NCBI GenBank assembly: GCA_951406725.2
Contig: OX597828.1
Coordinates: 25,606,001-25,670,000, forward strand
Source of the DNA: Octopus vulgaris
Lineage: Eukaryota
DNA: 64,000 nucleotides
Reading direction: 5' to 3'
Positions 27,521 to 42,503 of this stretch are shown here, piece by piece (the stretch's first letter is position 1; the number at the start of each line of letters is the position of its first letter). The notes beneath the pieces are model-generated. The model did not search any database. It was not told where the DNA came from and saw nothing but the letters and a program-made list of their open reading frames with translations. Position numbers and translations under genes: made by a program.

Positions 27521-27568
27521 TGTTTTTTATAAAATTATTTTAGCATTTTCTACCTTGAATTTTTTTTT

Positions 27569-27611
<43 letters not shown>

Positions 27612-27613
<2 letters not shown>

Positions 27614-27935
27614 GGGACAAATAATAAATATTAGAAGAATAAATCCAAATTTACACGGAAAATCAGATTTAGGACTGAATCCAATTTTATAGTAAAATAT
27701 TATATAATATTAATTAGAGACAAAACCACTATTATGCAAATCAAACAAAGAAAGATTAATCCAAAACATAAAAATTTTATATAAATTCGAAAATTAAATT
27801 CACCACTACAATTGTTTCGTGTCTCTTCTAAGGACATTCATCAGTTGGTATTCATCTTCTATTCAATTTTAAGTTATATATGTATGTATTATAAATATTT
27901 GCATCTTGTCCCAGTTTGTAGATATTTTTTACAAA
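27612..27935 (-). mobile_element. Penelope-like pLTR fragment with canonical-core HHR (27801-27850)
   Basis: Minus strand TACCAA-CTGATGA-ATGTC..GACAC-GAAA-CAATTG-TA-GTGGTG. Flanked by (TA)n on both sides. Confidence 0.68.
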
Positions 27936-27979
27936 TATATATATATATAGCGGCGTACATACCCTCTCTCTTATATGTA

Positions 27980-28028
<49 letters not shown>

Positions 28029-28514
28029 TATATATATGTGTGTGGAATCGGTTAGTATGTGCAAGCCGTAGTTCGCCAGACATCGAACCGTGGCTTTCCT
28101 GCCACTCAGTGTTTCTTTCGTCTTTCGTACGGACGTCTACAACAACATATTCGTTTGTGTTTCGTATCGAGGAAGGGTTTAATTGTCATTATCACCGCAG
28201 CAAACGTTTCTGTTCGCTTCTCCTAATCGGTTGACTTGAACTTTCTCTTATGTTCTCTAATCTGTTGCCAATACCTTTGGTAAAACTGACAGATTCTGCT
28301 GTAATGCCTTTTACAAGTCAGACCTTCCACTTGCTGTTAATAATTACACCGGTTGGACTATCTCATATCTTACCAATGACACTTATAATAGTCGCAAATT
28401 TCAAGCAAAACAATCTATACAATACGCATGCAATAAAACAACACATCATAATTCATACCTTTGCATAAGTAGTTTTTGTACTGTAGAGACAATGCCTGAA
28501 ATTGTTGTGGGTGG

Positions 28515-28692
28515 GAAGTTAGTCGATCACATCGTCCCCACTGCTCAACCGATTCTTATTCTATCGACTTCGGAAAAACATGAAAAATAAAGTTTACTTC
28601 GGCAGAATTTGAGCTCAGAACGTAAAACCGGACGAAATGCCGCTAAGGATTATTGTCAAATGCGTTAACGATTCTGCCAAATCGCCGCCTTC
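28515..28692 (-). mobile_element. SINE family D
   Basis: CGGCAGAATTTGAGCTCAGAACGTAA..ACGATTCTGCC..TCGCCGCCTT. Confidence 0.75.
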
Positions 28693-29085
28693 AACATGAT
28701 AAAAATAATATACATTTTCAACTTGAGCCGAAGGTTGAAAATTTGGAAGACGGAGTGTAATCGACAATAACGACCTTTGTACTTGACCTTATTACTTGAT
28801 ATTAGCACTTGATCTTAGTACTTGGCTTTGCTTATTTATTTGAACTCAGAATCTAAAGAGCCGCAGCTGAACACCGCAAGACATTTTTTTATGACGCTTT
28901 AACGATTCCACCAATTCACCAGCTAATGATAGTTTCAAATTTTGGCACAAGGCCAGCAATTTCAAGGGAGTTGGGGTATGTCGATTTATACCAACCCCAG
29001 AGTTCAACAAATACTTATTTGATCGACGGTGAGCTTTCATCTGCCAATAATAATACAAACATTATTTTTAAAATGTTATTAAGTT

Positions 29086-29436
29086 TTCAGTCCCACTGCG
29101 TGGCGCCTTGGGCGAGTGTCTTCTACTATAGCCTTGAGCCAACCAAAGCCTTGCGAGTAGATTTGGTAGACGGAAACTGAAAGAAGCCCATCGTCTATAT
29201 ATATATATGCGTGTGTTTGTGTGTGTGTATCTGTATTGGTCCTCCTCCACTACCACTTGACTATCGGTGTTGGTGTGTTTACATCCCCTTGATTTTGCGA
29301 TTCGGCAAAAGAGGCCGGTTGAATAAGTACCAAGGTTTTAAAAAATAAGTAATGGGTATCAATTCATTTGATTTAAAGTTTTTCAAGTCAGTGCTCCGGC
29401 ATGGCCGCAGTCTAATGACTGAAACCAATAAAAGAT
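29086..29436 (+). mobile_element. SINE family A, lacking the A box
   Basis: TTCAGTCCCACTGCGTGG..GGCCGCAGTCTAATGACTGAAAC. Confidence 0.85.
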
Positions 29437-30349
29437 ATATACTCATATTTTTCTTTTTCCTTCTTATTTTTTGAAACTATATTATTGAATTTATCATTGC
29501 TTTGGAATTAGTAAAACTTTTATCAGTTAATAACATATACCAGTAATATACTACAGAAATTCAGTTGACTGCATTCTTTACACAAACCAAATTCGTTTTG
29601 TGCTCGAGGAAGGACACCTAATATATAAGGGTTTCTATACAAAGCTTATTAAGAGCTCCCTTCCAACAGTTTCCCACTGTTCGTATCTTTATACTTAATA
29701 GGTGAGCATTCGACAATTATATTCTATACTTTTTAGAACGCATCTTCTTACAGTTTGGAATTTACGGACGGGAAATCGCATTGTTAATTCCAACAGCAAT
29801 CTATCTTATTAGAATCAATTTTGCCATTTCTTGCAAAAATACCTCGTTACTATCCTATAAATGATTACTGAACGAAATCTTTGTTATTACTTGCAACTAA
29901 AGCAAATTAATTAATACCTGCAACTTAACGTTAAACCTATACAGATTTTCTTGTTAATTCTTCCTTTCGACGTCCAACTTTCTCAAACAAACGCCTACAT
30001 TTTCTTTACCTTTCACTGGCTGTCTGGCGAAATGTGGCTATGTGGAACTATTTTCAATATGGAAATTTAGCAAGACTTCCTTTCTACCATTCTTTCGTTC
30101 GTTCTTTCGTCTTACATTATTGTTATATGTACCTCTTCCAGTCTCATTTTCTAACTATTCTTCACCAACACACATACACATGTGTGTATGTGTGTATGTA
30201 TGTATGTATGGATGGATGGATATATATATATATGATGTATATATATATATATACATATAATGTTTGTTTTTATTCTTCTTCGTCATTTACAAGGTAATTA
30301 AATGACCCTAATGTCATTGTAGAATTTTTATTGTTGTTGTTGTTGTTGC

Positions 30350-30413
<64 letters not shown>

Positions 30414-31022
30414 TGGCGATATTTTTGTTCTTTTGTTTCCTTGTTTTAAAACTAAAACGCTAACAAGTAGCGTACCAACATCTTCAACGTCTTCGGAAAA
30501 ACAAAAAGAAAAACAAAAAGCAAAAAAAAAAACAAAAAACAAAAAAAAAAAGCCAAAACGGTTTCTTATTTTTAGCCAGGCGTAACTACTAGTTCTGCGG
30601 AAAAGGCCAACTAAAACAAACACATTTAGTTAACGAACCTTTGAAATATGACTGCTACTGCACTGATAACTTAACTTGTTGCACTTTTCTTGTGTAATTT
30701 CCGAATTAATTGAAGATTTTTTCATGTTTTTCTCCTTGTTATTGTTGTTCGTCAATAAAGTCAGTTTAAACATACGCACACATACACACACATACATAAA
30801 TAATGAAACACAGGCACAGCTACACACACACACACACACACACACATACAATGTGTAACAAATTAGACATGTTAGTTTTTCCTCCACAATTCTATATCTA
30901 GCATCCTTCTTCCTCTCCATGTTGTTTCGCCAACTTCTTTATATGGTAATTTTTTGGAAATTTTAGAAATTCTTTAAAATTTTAGAATTCATAACTAAAA
31001 GGACACGAGTTTTTGCACGACT

Positions 31023-31671
<649 letters not shown>

Positions 31672-31789
31672 CTGTTACTTAGGGGATATTGTATTTTCAT
31701 TTTAGACCGTTGTATTCTTTCGATATCAGTTCAGTTTCTGTGAAAGGAATTCTAGCACAAATATCCCAAGAAACGTATGCGTGGGTGCC

Positions 31790-33530
31790 GCATACATACA
31801 CACGAATCTACACGCTTGTATATATGCATAATACAAGCGCACATACATACATATATGTATGTACATACACGCGTGCACACATATATGCATACATACATAT
31901 TCATATACACTCATGCATTCATACATACATATATACATACATGCATACACGCATACATACATACATACATACATACATACATACATACACGCATACATAC
32001 ATGCATGCATGCATACATACAAGCACACATGCATGCATGTATGCATACATACATACGTTTGTACGTAGATACATACATACATACATATATACATATATAC
32101 ATACATAAATGCATGCATACATGCATGCATACATACATGCATACATGCATACATACATGCATGCATACATACATGCATACATACATACATACATACATAC
32201 ATACATACATACATGCATACATACATACATACATACATACATACATACATGCATACATACATGCATACATACATACAAGCATATATACGTACATACATGC
32301 ATGCATAAATACAGATATACATGCATACATACATACATACATGCATACATACATACATGCATACATACATACATACATGCATGAATACATACATGCATGA
32401 ATACATACATGCACACATGCATACATACATGCATACATACATGCATACATACATATATACAAACATACATACATACATGCATGCATACATACATGCATAC
32501 ATACATACATGTACACATACATGCATACATACATACATGCATACATACATACATACATACATGCATACATACATGCATACATACATACATACAAACATAC
32601 ATACATACATGCATACATACATACATACATACATACATAGATACATGCATACATACATACATGCATACATACATGATTGCATGCATACATACATACATGC
32701 ATACATACATGCATACATACATGCATGTATACATACATACATGCATGCATAAATACATATATACATGCATGCATACATCCATCCATCCATACATACATGC
32801 ATACATGCATACATATATACATATATACATACATACATAAATACATTCATGCATACATACATACATGCATGCATACATACATCTATGCATGCATACATGC
32901 ATACATACATACATACATGCATACATGCATACATACATACATGCATGCATACATACATACATGCATGCATACATACATACATGCATGCATACATATATAC
33001 ATACATACATACATACATACATGCATACATGCATACATACATACATATATACATAAATACATGCATGCATACATACATACATGCATGCATACATACATCT
33101 ATGCATGCATACATGCATACATACATACATACATGCATACATGCATACATACATACATGCATGCATACATACATACATACATGCATACATACATACATAC
33201 ATACATATACATACATACATATATACATACATACATACATACATGCATGCTTACATACATACATACATACACACATGCATGCATACATACATACATACAT
33301 ATATACATACATACAGACATGCATACATACATACATACATACATACATACATACATACATACATACATACATGCATGCATACATACATACATACATACAT
33401 GCATACATGCATACATACATGATTGCATGCATACATACATGCATATATACATGCATACATACATACATACATACATACATACATACATACATACATACAT
33501 ACATACATACATACATACATACATGCATAG
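31790..33530. repeat. 1.7-kb (CATA)n/(CATG)n tetranucleotide array
   Basis: Directly visible; source of the 600-aa MYVC pseudo-ORF. Confidence 0.97.
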
Positions 33531-33813
33531 ATACAAACGTGCGTACGTATGTATGTGTTTATATTTGGAAATATATTTGCAACATTTCCGGTCAGTTTAG
33601 ATTATTTCTTTCCTTCGAGAACAATTGCAGTTGCCTGCAAAACAACATAGATGTTTGTCTTAATTAGTATAAAAGAGAACGAATGCCGTTAATTACTTTA
33701 AGAGGAGAATTACGATATCTTATGAATTGTTTGCGAACGTCAGCGCCACCTACATCATTTATACGTACTTTTTTCATCATACTCCATGCCAATGGGTTAT
33801 CTTTTATATTTTA

Positions 33814-34035
33814 CTGGCAGAGTCGTTAGCACGGCGGGCGAAATGCGTAGCCGCATTTCGTCTGCTGTTACGTTCTGAGTTCAAATTCCGCCGAGGTCGA
33901 CTTTGCCTTTCATCCTTTCGGGGTCGATAAATAAAGTACTAGTTTCGCACTGGGATCGATGCAATCGACTTAATCCCTTTGTCTGTCCTTGTTTGTCTCC
34001 TCTGTGTTTAGCCCCTTGTGGGCAATAAAGAAATA
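33814..34035 (+). mobile_element. SINE family D
   Basis: TGGCAGAGTCG (A box), GAGTTCAAATTC (B box), central GAGGTCGACTTTGCCTTTCATCCTTTCGGGGTCGATAAA, and tail GTGGGCAATAAAGAAATA. Confidence 0.9.
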
Positions 34036-34037
34036 TA

Positions 34038-34378
34038 TTTTACTGTTTCAGTCATTGGAATGTGGCCATGCTGGGGCACCGCCTTGAAGGATTTAATCGA
34101 GCAAATCGACCCCAGTACCTATTTTCCAAATCTGGTACAACGGTTGTCAGGCGGTGGTACAAGACAAACACAAACATAAAGACATACACATATACATCTA
34201 CATACACACACGCGCGTGTACGGCAGGTATGCACAGTTTCTGTGTTACAAATTCACTCACCAGCTTTTAGTCGGTCCAGAGCTAGAGCCGAAAACATTTG
34301 CCCCAGCGGCCGCGGAATGGGGCTAAAACCGAAAACACGTGACAAAGCAAGTTACCTCATCATACAGCGACACCTGCG
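34038..34378 (-). mobile_element. SINE family A, diverged
   Basis: Similar to the A consensus; lies tail-to-tail with the D copy. Confidence 0.75.
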
Positions 34379-35356
34379 TTCACTTCAGTCATTTTGCTCG
34401 GTTCAATTTTTTTATTTATTTATACAAAGCAACGATTATCTCTCTTCTTAATTCTCAGAAACATTATTAATCGGAAGTTAAGAATTACCTGGTTTGGCTA
34501 ATCAATATGATGTAGGATACGAACCATTTCCTTTCCAGCTCTTGTCTATCAGAACCAATCCATTCGGCTGTGTGGACTCATAACCTCACTTCACTTCAGA
34601 CCCATCACAATAATTGAGCCTCTACGTGTTCAAACAACATGATAGAAATCTCGCTTAAATTACAATCCGCAATAAAGAAGTATACATGGAACAACGTAGT
34701 GTTAGATATAACTCTTCAAAGGACTAGAATACTTTTGAGTTAGGATGGAGTTTACGGCCGTAAGAAAAAGTACAAGTAAATTCTTCTTGAAAAAAATTGA
34801 AAGCAAATTGCAATAGAAACCGGAAGTGACGACAGTGATATGCCAAAGTTTCATTAAAAAAAACACGATAAAAATTCCCTCATTATGCCACGTCCTCGGG
34901 TACCGATATGTATTGTACCTTGTAGTGATCTGTTAAGTATTTCAGAGTAGTATCTGAGGTACACTGTTCTAATGGAATATACCCAGCAACGAACATCACA
35001 GTGACGTGTTGTTGTTTCCATCTGATATAAAATGGACGGTTTTCAGGTGAGGTTAAATACATGTACGTTTTATACGTTGGTTATGTCATATTGTTTGTAT
35101 GAAATATGTCTCTATCACAATTTAATTTACATGATTTTTAGGACAATTTATTTTCGCCACCATAAACTGCATGTTAATCTATTGGTCAGTTCGATTAATA
35201 CCCGATTAGAACTAAACAATAATAACAAGAATATCAATCGAGCCAATGACGGAGCTTCAACGTGGTCTCTTGACATCCTAAAAATAACAGCCAGAAACTC
35301 CCACACTTTCTTCATTGGTCTAATCCATGAAAGCCTGTTGGAGTTGTCAGTTAGGG

Positions 35357-35608
35357 CAGCGGTCCCGAAACATTTTTGCTCCTCAGACCATTTCATGCGA
35401 ACCAATTTTACCACAGATCAACGGATCACACACATAACACAAACAGTGCAGTATATATCATTTAATCGTTACATTTTTAATACATACATCTGCAATGCTA
35501 AGAAAAATCCCGCACCTTGCAATAGTCTATGATATAGAAATAAAATTAAAAGTTTATTCTTTCTCTGCGGCCCGGTATTTGTCATGGCCCGCTGGTTGTA
35601 GATTCCTG
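35357..35608. mobile_element. hAT (Charlie-like) MITE, degenerate
   Basis: Ends CAGCGGTCCCGAAAC..GGTTGTAGATTCCTG, with subterminal GCGGCCCG and TAG-centred flanks. Confidence 0.5.
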
Positions 35609-36005
35609 TTTTAGAGCAACGAGTCACAACACTAACAAGAACACCAGTAGAAAAGCAGAAATTATTACGTATGATTACGGCATCAATTATACCTGAGTAA
35701 CGGTTGATCTGATTGGTCAATAAGCTGAAATGATTTACGTCCCAATTAATATACGTATATTCTTTTGTAAGGGTCTGCACTTGCTGGCTATTATAGTGCT
35801 ATCTAAGATATTATTATCTAAATCTTGATTTTGGTGAGGATCCAACTCGGCTCTGTCAGTGAATTTCCTTTCAGATAAAACCAATAGAAAGGCATGAGTA
35901 GGTACCTCAAATAATCGTACATACATATGTGCATGCATGCATGTATGTATGTATGTATGTATGTATGTATGTATGTATGTATGTATGTATGTATGTATGT
36001 ATGTA

Positions 36006-36077
<72 letters not shown>

Positions 36078-36212
36078 CATACATACATACATACATACAT
36101 ACATACATGCATACATACATACAAACATTTGATAGGGTTCTTTCATTTTCTGTCTACCAAATCTACTCACAAGGCTTTGGTTGGCGAGGGGCTATAGTAT
36201 AGTATAGTATAG

Positions 36213-36310
<98 letters not shown>

Positions 36311-36878
36311 CAGATGCAGGCGTAATACATGCACAAAAATAAAAACAGAGATCTACCGATGAAGGCGGGAACTGGAAACTGCTTCATGCAACATGTAATT
36401 CTATTGATCCTTTATCAATCAAGCTAATTACAATAAGCGACTTCCACTCTATACACAAGTATACATACACAAATAGGGGGAACACATATAAACACCAAAT
36501 ATGCATAAATTCATAGATACATACGCACATTCAACGCACCCGCACGCACGCACGAACGCTCAAAAGTACACACACATAAACACACATGCACACACGCACA
36601 CACATGCACAAAAATAAGCGCAAACACACACACACATATATATGTATATATATGTATATAAAGTAGAAATATGTTACGAAAAGAAAATATAAAATACACG
36701 TGGAAATGTAAGGGTAAAATATGAAAAGTCAACGAAAATGCATATTGCAAATAGAAAAAGGCTATTTATGACAGGTAGTGACAAATATATACATTTAGAT
36801 TGACTGAGGTAGTGATACGAGTCATAAAGGTCATTATTATGAGATGATTATAAGATGATAATAAAGTAAGAGAACAAA

Positions 36879-36911
<33 letters not shown>

Positions 36912-36940
36912 TGTGTGTGTGTGTATGTGTGTGTGTGTGT

Positions 36941-37415
36941 GATGGCCCCTCCCGTTGATTTTGACGCATGGGTGATTGAAGGAGAGGATTGGACCTAGGC
37001 AAGGCTATTGTGCATGATGGATGCGTGAATGTAATTTGGATCCAGGTATGGTTTTTGCTATGAGGTCACACTGAGATGCTGATGATTTTGATTTTGCCTG
37101 GTATTGGGTCAATATGTCTGTTGATTGTAGGATTGTAGGATAGACTTCTGTTTCTTCAACTCAAATTTTTTGGATGCATCGTGACATATTTATGCCATGC
37201 TGATCATTCTAGGCAATTCCTTTCCCAAGAGGTCAAACCAAGGTGTAGGGAGTTTGTCGATTGCTTAAACTTATTGTTGTATCTAAGAACGGGTCCTATC
37301 TTACCACGGTGTCCCTCTGCTTGTTGGTCATACAAATGAATTTTCGGAATGCGGTCAGCTTTCATTCGAACATCACGTTCCTACCCATTTACACTGAATT
37401 CTCAGCAGCATATAA
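36941..37415 (-). mobile_element. RTE-clade LINE 3' fragment, decayed
   Basis: Minus strand QCKWVG..RMKADRIPKIHLY...GHRGKIGPVLRY...SWE....SAW, then a CDLIAKT.PG.KLHSRIH finger-like end. Confidence 0.75.
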
Positions 37416-37428
37416 GTTTGTACATATA

Positions 37429-37593
37429 GGCGCAGGAGTGGCTGTGTAGTAAGTAGCTTGCTAACCAACCACATGGTTCCGGGTTCAGTCCCACTGCGTG
37501 GCATCTTGGGCAAGTGTCTTCTGCTATAGCCCCGGGCCGACCAATGCCTTGTGAGTGGATTTGGTAGACGAAAACTGAAAGAAGCCTGTCGTA

Positions 37594-37650
<57 letters not shown>

Positions 37651-37831
37651 TTGTCCCCCTAGCATTGCTTGACAACTAATGCTGGTGTGTTTACGTCCCC
37701 GTCACTTAGCAGTTCGGCAAAAGAGACCGATAGAATAAGTACTGGGCTTACAAAGAATAGGTCTCGACTAAAGGCGGTGCACCAGCATGGCCGCAGTCAA
37801 ATGACTGAAACAAGTAAAAGAGTAAAAGAGT
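37429..37831 (+). mobile_element. SINE family A, full length
   Basis: GGCGCAGGAGTGGCTGTGTAGTAAG head through the AAGTAAAAGAGTAAAAGAG tail. Confidence 0.92.
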
Positions 37832-37944
37832 ATATACATTCATATACACATAAGTATATAAATAAATACACATACATACACATACATATATTCTGAAAAT
37901 TTAAACTGAAAAATATGAACAATCTCCCTTCTTTTACTTCTTTC

Positions 37945-38173
37945 ACTCTTCAGATTGCGGCCATGCTGTAGCACAGCCTCGACGAGTGTTGTCCGACAAA
38001 TCGACCCCAGTACTTATGTTTAATATTGGTACTTATTTTATGGGTCTCCTTTGCCAAAATTCTAAGTGGACGTAAACAAAGCAACACCGGTTGAAAAACG
38101 GCGAAGTGACTGGAAAGACACAAAGACATACACACATACCTACGAACATATTTACATCTTTCTGTCTCTCTCC

Positions 38174-38209
<36 letters not shown>

Positions 38210-38210
38210 G

Positions 38211-38243
<33 letters not shown>

Positions 38244-38458
38244 GTCTGTCTGTCTGTCTGTCTGCTTGTCTGTCTGTAAACATACGTATGTATGTGTGTA
38301 TGTCTGTGTTTTTCAACGAACTTCAACACAATTCCTTCTACCAAATTCATTAAGCAAATAATGATAATAATAATAATAATAATCGAGATGCCGCGAAATG
38401 GGATTGAACCAACATCACTTAACTGCGAAACGAGCTTCTTAACCCCACAGCCACGTCT
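37945..38458 (-). mobile_element. SINE family A, old copy with expanded internal microsatellites
   Basis: Tail at 37945-38110 and head at 38385-38458. Confidence 0.6.
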
Positions 38459-38586
38459 ACATCTGATGCAGGATCTCTTTAACATGTGACTGTTATTTGA
38501 ATTCCAGTAACAGAACTATTTTTCTGTCAGAAACCAACTAATTCTTTGCAGGAAAATCCAAAGAATTGAAGAAAGAAAGAGAAAAC

Positions 38587-38654
<68 letters not shown>

Positions 38655-38859
38655 TGTATACATATTCTGTGCATACATGTAGGCACTTAGGTGGTTTGTT
38701 TAAGTGAAGGTGTCGGTGGAGGCCTAAATGTCATATCAAAGCGATTCTTTCTTAAGTCTTTTGTGTTTGATTTAACAGTTAAGATGAAAAACGTAGTCGT
38801 TGCATTGGAGGTTTAGTTCTAAGATTAGTCCTCAGACAATGTAATGAGCGAATAAGTGA

Positions 38860-38900
<41 letters not shown>

Positions 38901-38902
38901 GA

Positions 38903-38962
<60 letters not shown>

Positions 38963-39018
38963 GTATATATATATATACATATATATATATGTACATATAT
39001 ATAAATATATATATATTT

Positions 39019-39084
<66 letters not shown>

Positions 39085-39264
39085 CGTGAGTATAGATATC
39101 TAACCACACACACACACACACACACAATGCATACATACATGCATACATACGTACATAAACTCACACATACACATATATTTATATATATGCTTGCATATAC
39201 ATATTGCACATGCAAAATATGAAATATATAATACACGTATTGCATACAATATATCGTATTCCAT

Positions 39265-39720
39265 ACTAGCAGAGTTACCCGGCGTTGCCCGAGTTACATA
39301 CAATTGAAGAATTAGATTTTTCTTTTATATTTTCTGTAATGAACCGGAATACCAATGTTCCGAATTTCATCAAAATTGTAGATGAGGGTTAGTTCCCTCT
39401 TTACACACCCTAAAAAAATTGTAATCGTGCCACATGTATCCCATACTACTGATTTTTATGCGCATATTCCAAAATTCCAGTCTTATAGAACCTGTTAAAA
39501 GGATTTTGCTCCTGAAAAATGGAGGTCATGGAGCTCTAAAATGTGAGAGTTAACGTCCCTATTGGGGGTGGGCATCTTAATGTCAGCCAGAGAAGTTGAA
39601 TTGTTGAGAATCTTTTTAACTTGGGTCTTATATCTATTGTTTGAATTTCTTTGAAATAATAAATATATGTTCACTGAGTTTGTAAAAGAGAGGAAAGCTA
39701 CAGGAAACCAAAAGACGAAT
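39265..39720 (+). mobile_element. Non-autonomous Helitron/Helentron-like (DINE-1-type) element
   Basis: 5' ACTAGCAGAGTTACCCGGCGTTGCCCGAG hairpin start and internal CCGAATTTCATCAAAATTG motif. The 3' boundary is uncertain. Confidence 0.45.
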
Positions 39721-40438
39721 GATTACAATAAGCAGTCAGCTACAGTACCCTAGTCGTTACCACTCCCAATGTAGTATTCCTCACCATGCAGGTGACAGGC
39801 ACAGCCGTGAGATGCATTACGAATCTATAGCAATTGGAAGGGCGTGACACAACTGAAATAAACATTGTGACGTGAGGGCTAAGAAGAAATGAAAGTCGGA
39901 GTTTGCAAATGACCACTATACTGATACGTAACTGGACAGAATAAATATACAATCTATAAATGTCTTTGAATAACCAGTCACTCATCTGGGAAGGCCTTCA
40001 AATCAATGTTACCATCTGGGGACTATGTGTGACCCAGTGATAATAATAAGACTGCTAAGGTATATATATATATATATATATATACTCATACACACACATA
40101 ATTATATGTAAAGCTAAGATCCAAGAATCCAGGTATAGGATGTTAGTAAGCTTTGAGAGCAGTCCGTAGAAGGTATGGAACACAACATTCAGGAACAATA
40201 CAGGTTTATTGACGTAGACAGTTGCAAGGTTTTCCCCCCATATCAAAGATCGATAACCTGAAAAAAAGATATTTATAAATTTGGATTTTTATTCGCATAT
40301 ACAGCAACTCCAGTTGCTAACCAATATGCGTGTTTGTGGTGTATGTGTTTGTTTGTGTATACGTATAAATTGAGGATTATAATTATTAAAATGATTATAC
40401 CAGTGACCAGCGTATAAAGAACACCATACTGGTCAAAT

Positions 40439-40620
40439 TGATATTGAAGCATATGATTATAACTATATGATTATAATTAAGGGCGCTGGAGAGACAACGC
40501 CAATACGCTACAAGTAGATGTCAAATGTAGACATTTGACATCTACTTCTAGGATATTGCCGTTCGCCCTCCAGCGCCCTTAATTATAATCATATATTTAT
40601 AATTATATACTTAAATATCA
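40439..40620. repeat. 182-bp imperfect palindrome (MITE-like)
   Basis: Arms TGATATT..AAGGGCGCTGGAG..AGTAGATGTCAAATGT and ACATTTGACATCTACT..CTCCAGCGCCCTT..AATATCA. Confidence 0.85.
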
Positions 40621-40622
40621 TG

Positions 40623-40687
<65 letters not shown>

Positions 40688-40689
<2 letters not shown>

Positions 40690-40989
40690 AGGCGCAATGT
40701 CTCAGTGGTTAGGGCAGCGGATTCGCGGTCGGAGGATCGCGGTTTCGATTCCCAGACCGGGCGTTGTGTGTGTTTATTGAGCGAAAACACCTAAAAGCTC
40801 CACGAGGCTCCGGCAGGAGGTGGTGATCCCTGCTGTACTCTTTCACCGCTCTTTCTCTCACTCTTTCTTCTGTTGGCCTGCTCGCTTAGCCAGTGGAGTG
40901 GTGTCGTTCGAAGGCTAAAACAGTGCAAACGCATTGTGACCAGCGATGTGTAGCAACATCTGATGGTCTGGTCGGTCACGGTGATCACG

Positions 40990-40993
<4 letters not shown>
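40688..40993 (+). mobile_element. tRNA-derived SINE, family B head with a distinct 3' tail
   Basis: GGAGGCGCAATG..CAGTGGTTAGGGCAGCGG..GGTTTCGATTCCC; the tail ends (CACGGTGAT)2. Confidence 0.85.
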
Positions 40994-41048
<55 letters not shown>

Positions 41049-41292
41049 GTCTCCTGATATCTGATGATACGCACCCACGAAACTGTAAGTCAAGAGCAGC
41101 TGAGTCAAACTGTCATTAATATACATATGTGCGCGCGCGTGTTTGTCCGTCTGCATACGAACACATGCATTTATGTTCGCATTCATACACTAGAAAGAAA
41201 ACCACACGCACACACATGCATACACAAACACATACGCGCATGCACGAAAACATACACACACACACACACACACATTGAAATGTAACTGACAT

Positions 41293-41405
41293 ATTGGACG
41301 AAATGGCAAAATCATTAGAGCGTAGGACAAAATGCCATGTCGAATTTGTTCCGGCTCTCTGCCTTCTGAGTTCAAATGCTACCGAGGTCAACTTTGGCCT
41401 TTCAT
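41293..41405 (+). mobile_element. SINE family D fragment
   Basis: TTCTGAGTTCAAAT..CCGAGGTCAACTTTGGCCTTTCATC. Confidence 0.65.
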
Positions 41406-42083
41406 CTGCCACCATTCCAGCACGGTTGATTGGCCGAATTGGAAGAATTGTCTTGTATTTCCTTTGGTTCTTTGCGTTCTGAGTTCCTCGGTGGTAGACA
41501 TAATCCATCGCTCGGCTTAACATCACCCACCCCACACCGCCCCCGGTCCTTGAGTGCTTTTAGCGGATTCCTACTTTGTTGTAACGATTAGGGCCAAGAG
41601 TTCTTTTCTGTTTGACGGACAGAATGCGATTTTATTGAGAATGTCTTCACAGATGTTGTTTTGCCAATTACGAAAGTCATAAACGTTTTTTTTTTTTCTT
41701 TTTAGGAGAAAATAATAAAAAAAAATGTTTAAAGCTTGAATTTATTTCTTTGTAATTTTAGTCAATCGGATCCATCACCATACTGTAGTGACGTCATGAA
41801 AAGCGCCATGTTTACTTTTTAAAATTTCATTTATTCTTGATTTATTTTCGGAAATGTGAAAGCGGTAATCGAAACTACAAGTATGTAGAAATTCAAAATA
41901 ACAAGGCTCTCCATGTCAAAGTAGCAGTCAAGTACTGGAGTCGGTACTCTCAACTAAGCCGCGGCCTTCAAAGGCTGCTGGCCTTGTTATTGTGCATTTA
42001 CATCCACTTTTGTGGGGCGTATGTGTATGTATGCATATATATATATATGTATATATATATATATGTATGCATGTATATATGTG

Positions 42084-42124
<41 letters not shown>

Positions 42125-42218
42125 GTGTGTATGTATATATATATATATATATGCATAAACATATATATATATAAATACACACATATATATACATATATAT
42201 ATACTTACACACACATAC

Positions 42219-42251
<33 letters not shown>

Positions 42252-42273
42252 TAGATGTATATAGATATAAGTA

Positions 42274-42503
42274 TAGATGGGCTGGACACGTCGCCCGGCT
42301 CACCGATAATCGGTGGACGTACGCAGTCGTCGAGTGGTACCCGCGTGAGCGGAAAAGACAACCCGGAAGACCTCCACGACGGTGGAGTTACGATTTCAGG
42401 AGGACGATTGGGATCACGTGGATGAGAAAGGCGCGATCCAGAGAGGAGTGGACAGCGGTGTCAAATGGACGCCTGACGGACTGGTCGGTCAAGGTGGTCA
42501 AAT
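42274..42503 (+). mobile_element. RTE-clade LINE 3' fragment
   Basis: [46 protein letters not shown]. Confidence 0.88.

Noticed and set aside
31726-33667. 600-aa and other long ORFs (MYVC/HTYI repeats)
   Set aside because: These are translations of a (CATA)n microsatellite that lacks stop codons, with no domain content.
38806-38842. Minus-strand CTGAGGA with flanking CATTG/CAATG
   Set aside because: There is no GAAA box or stem III, so it is too degenerate to call.
40688-40760. tRNA-like sequences (also 37429, 50507, 55240)
   Set aside because: They are SINE heads with A/B boxes that continue into SINE bodies; I could not build full cloverleaves.
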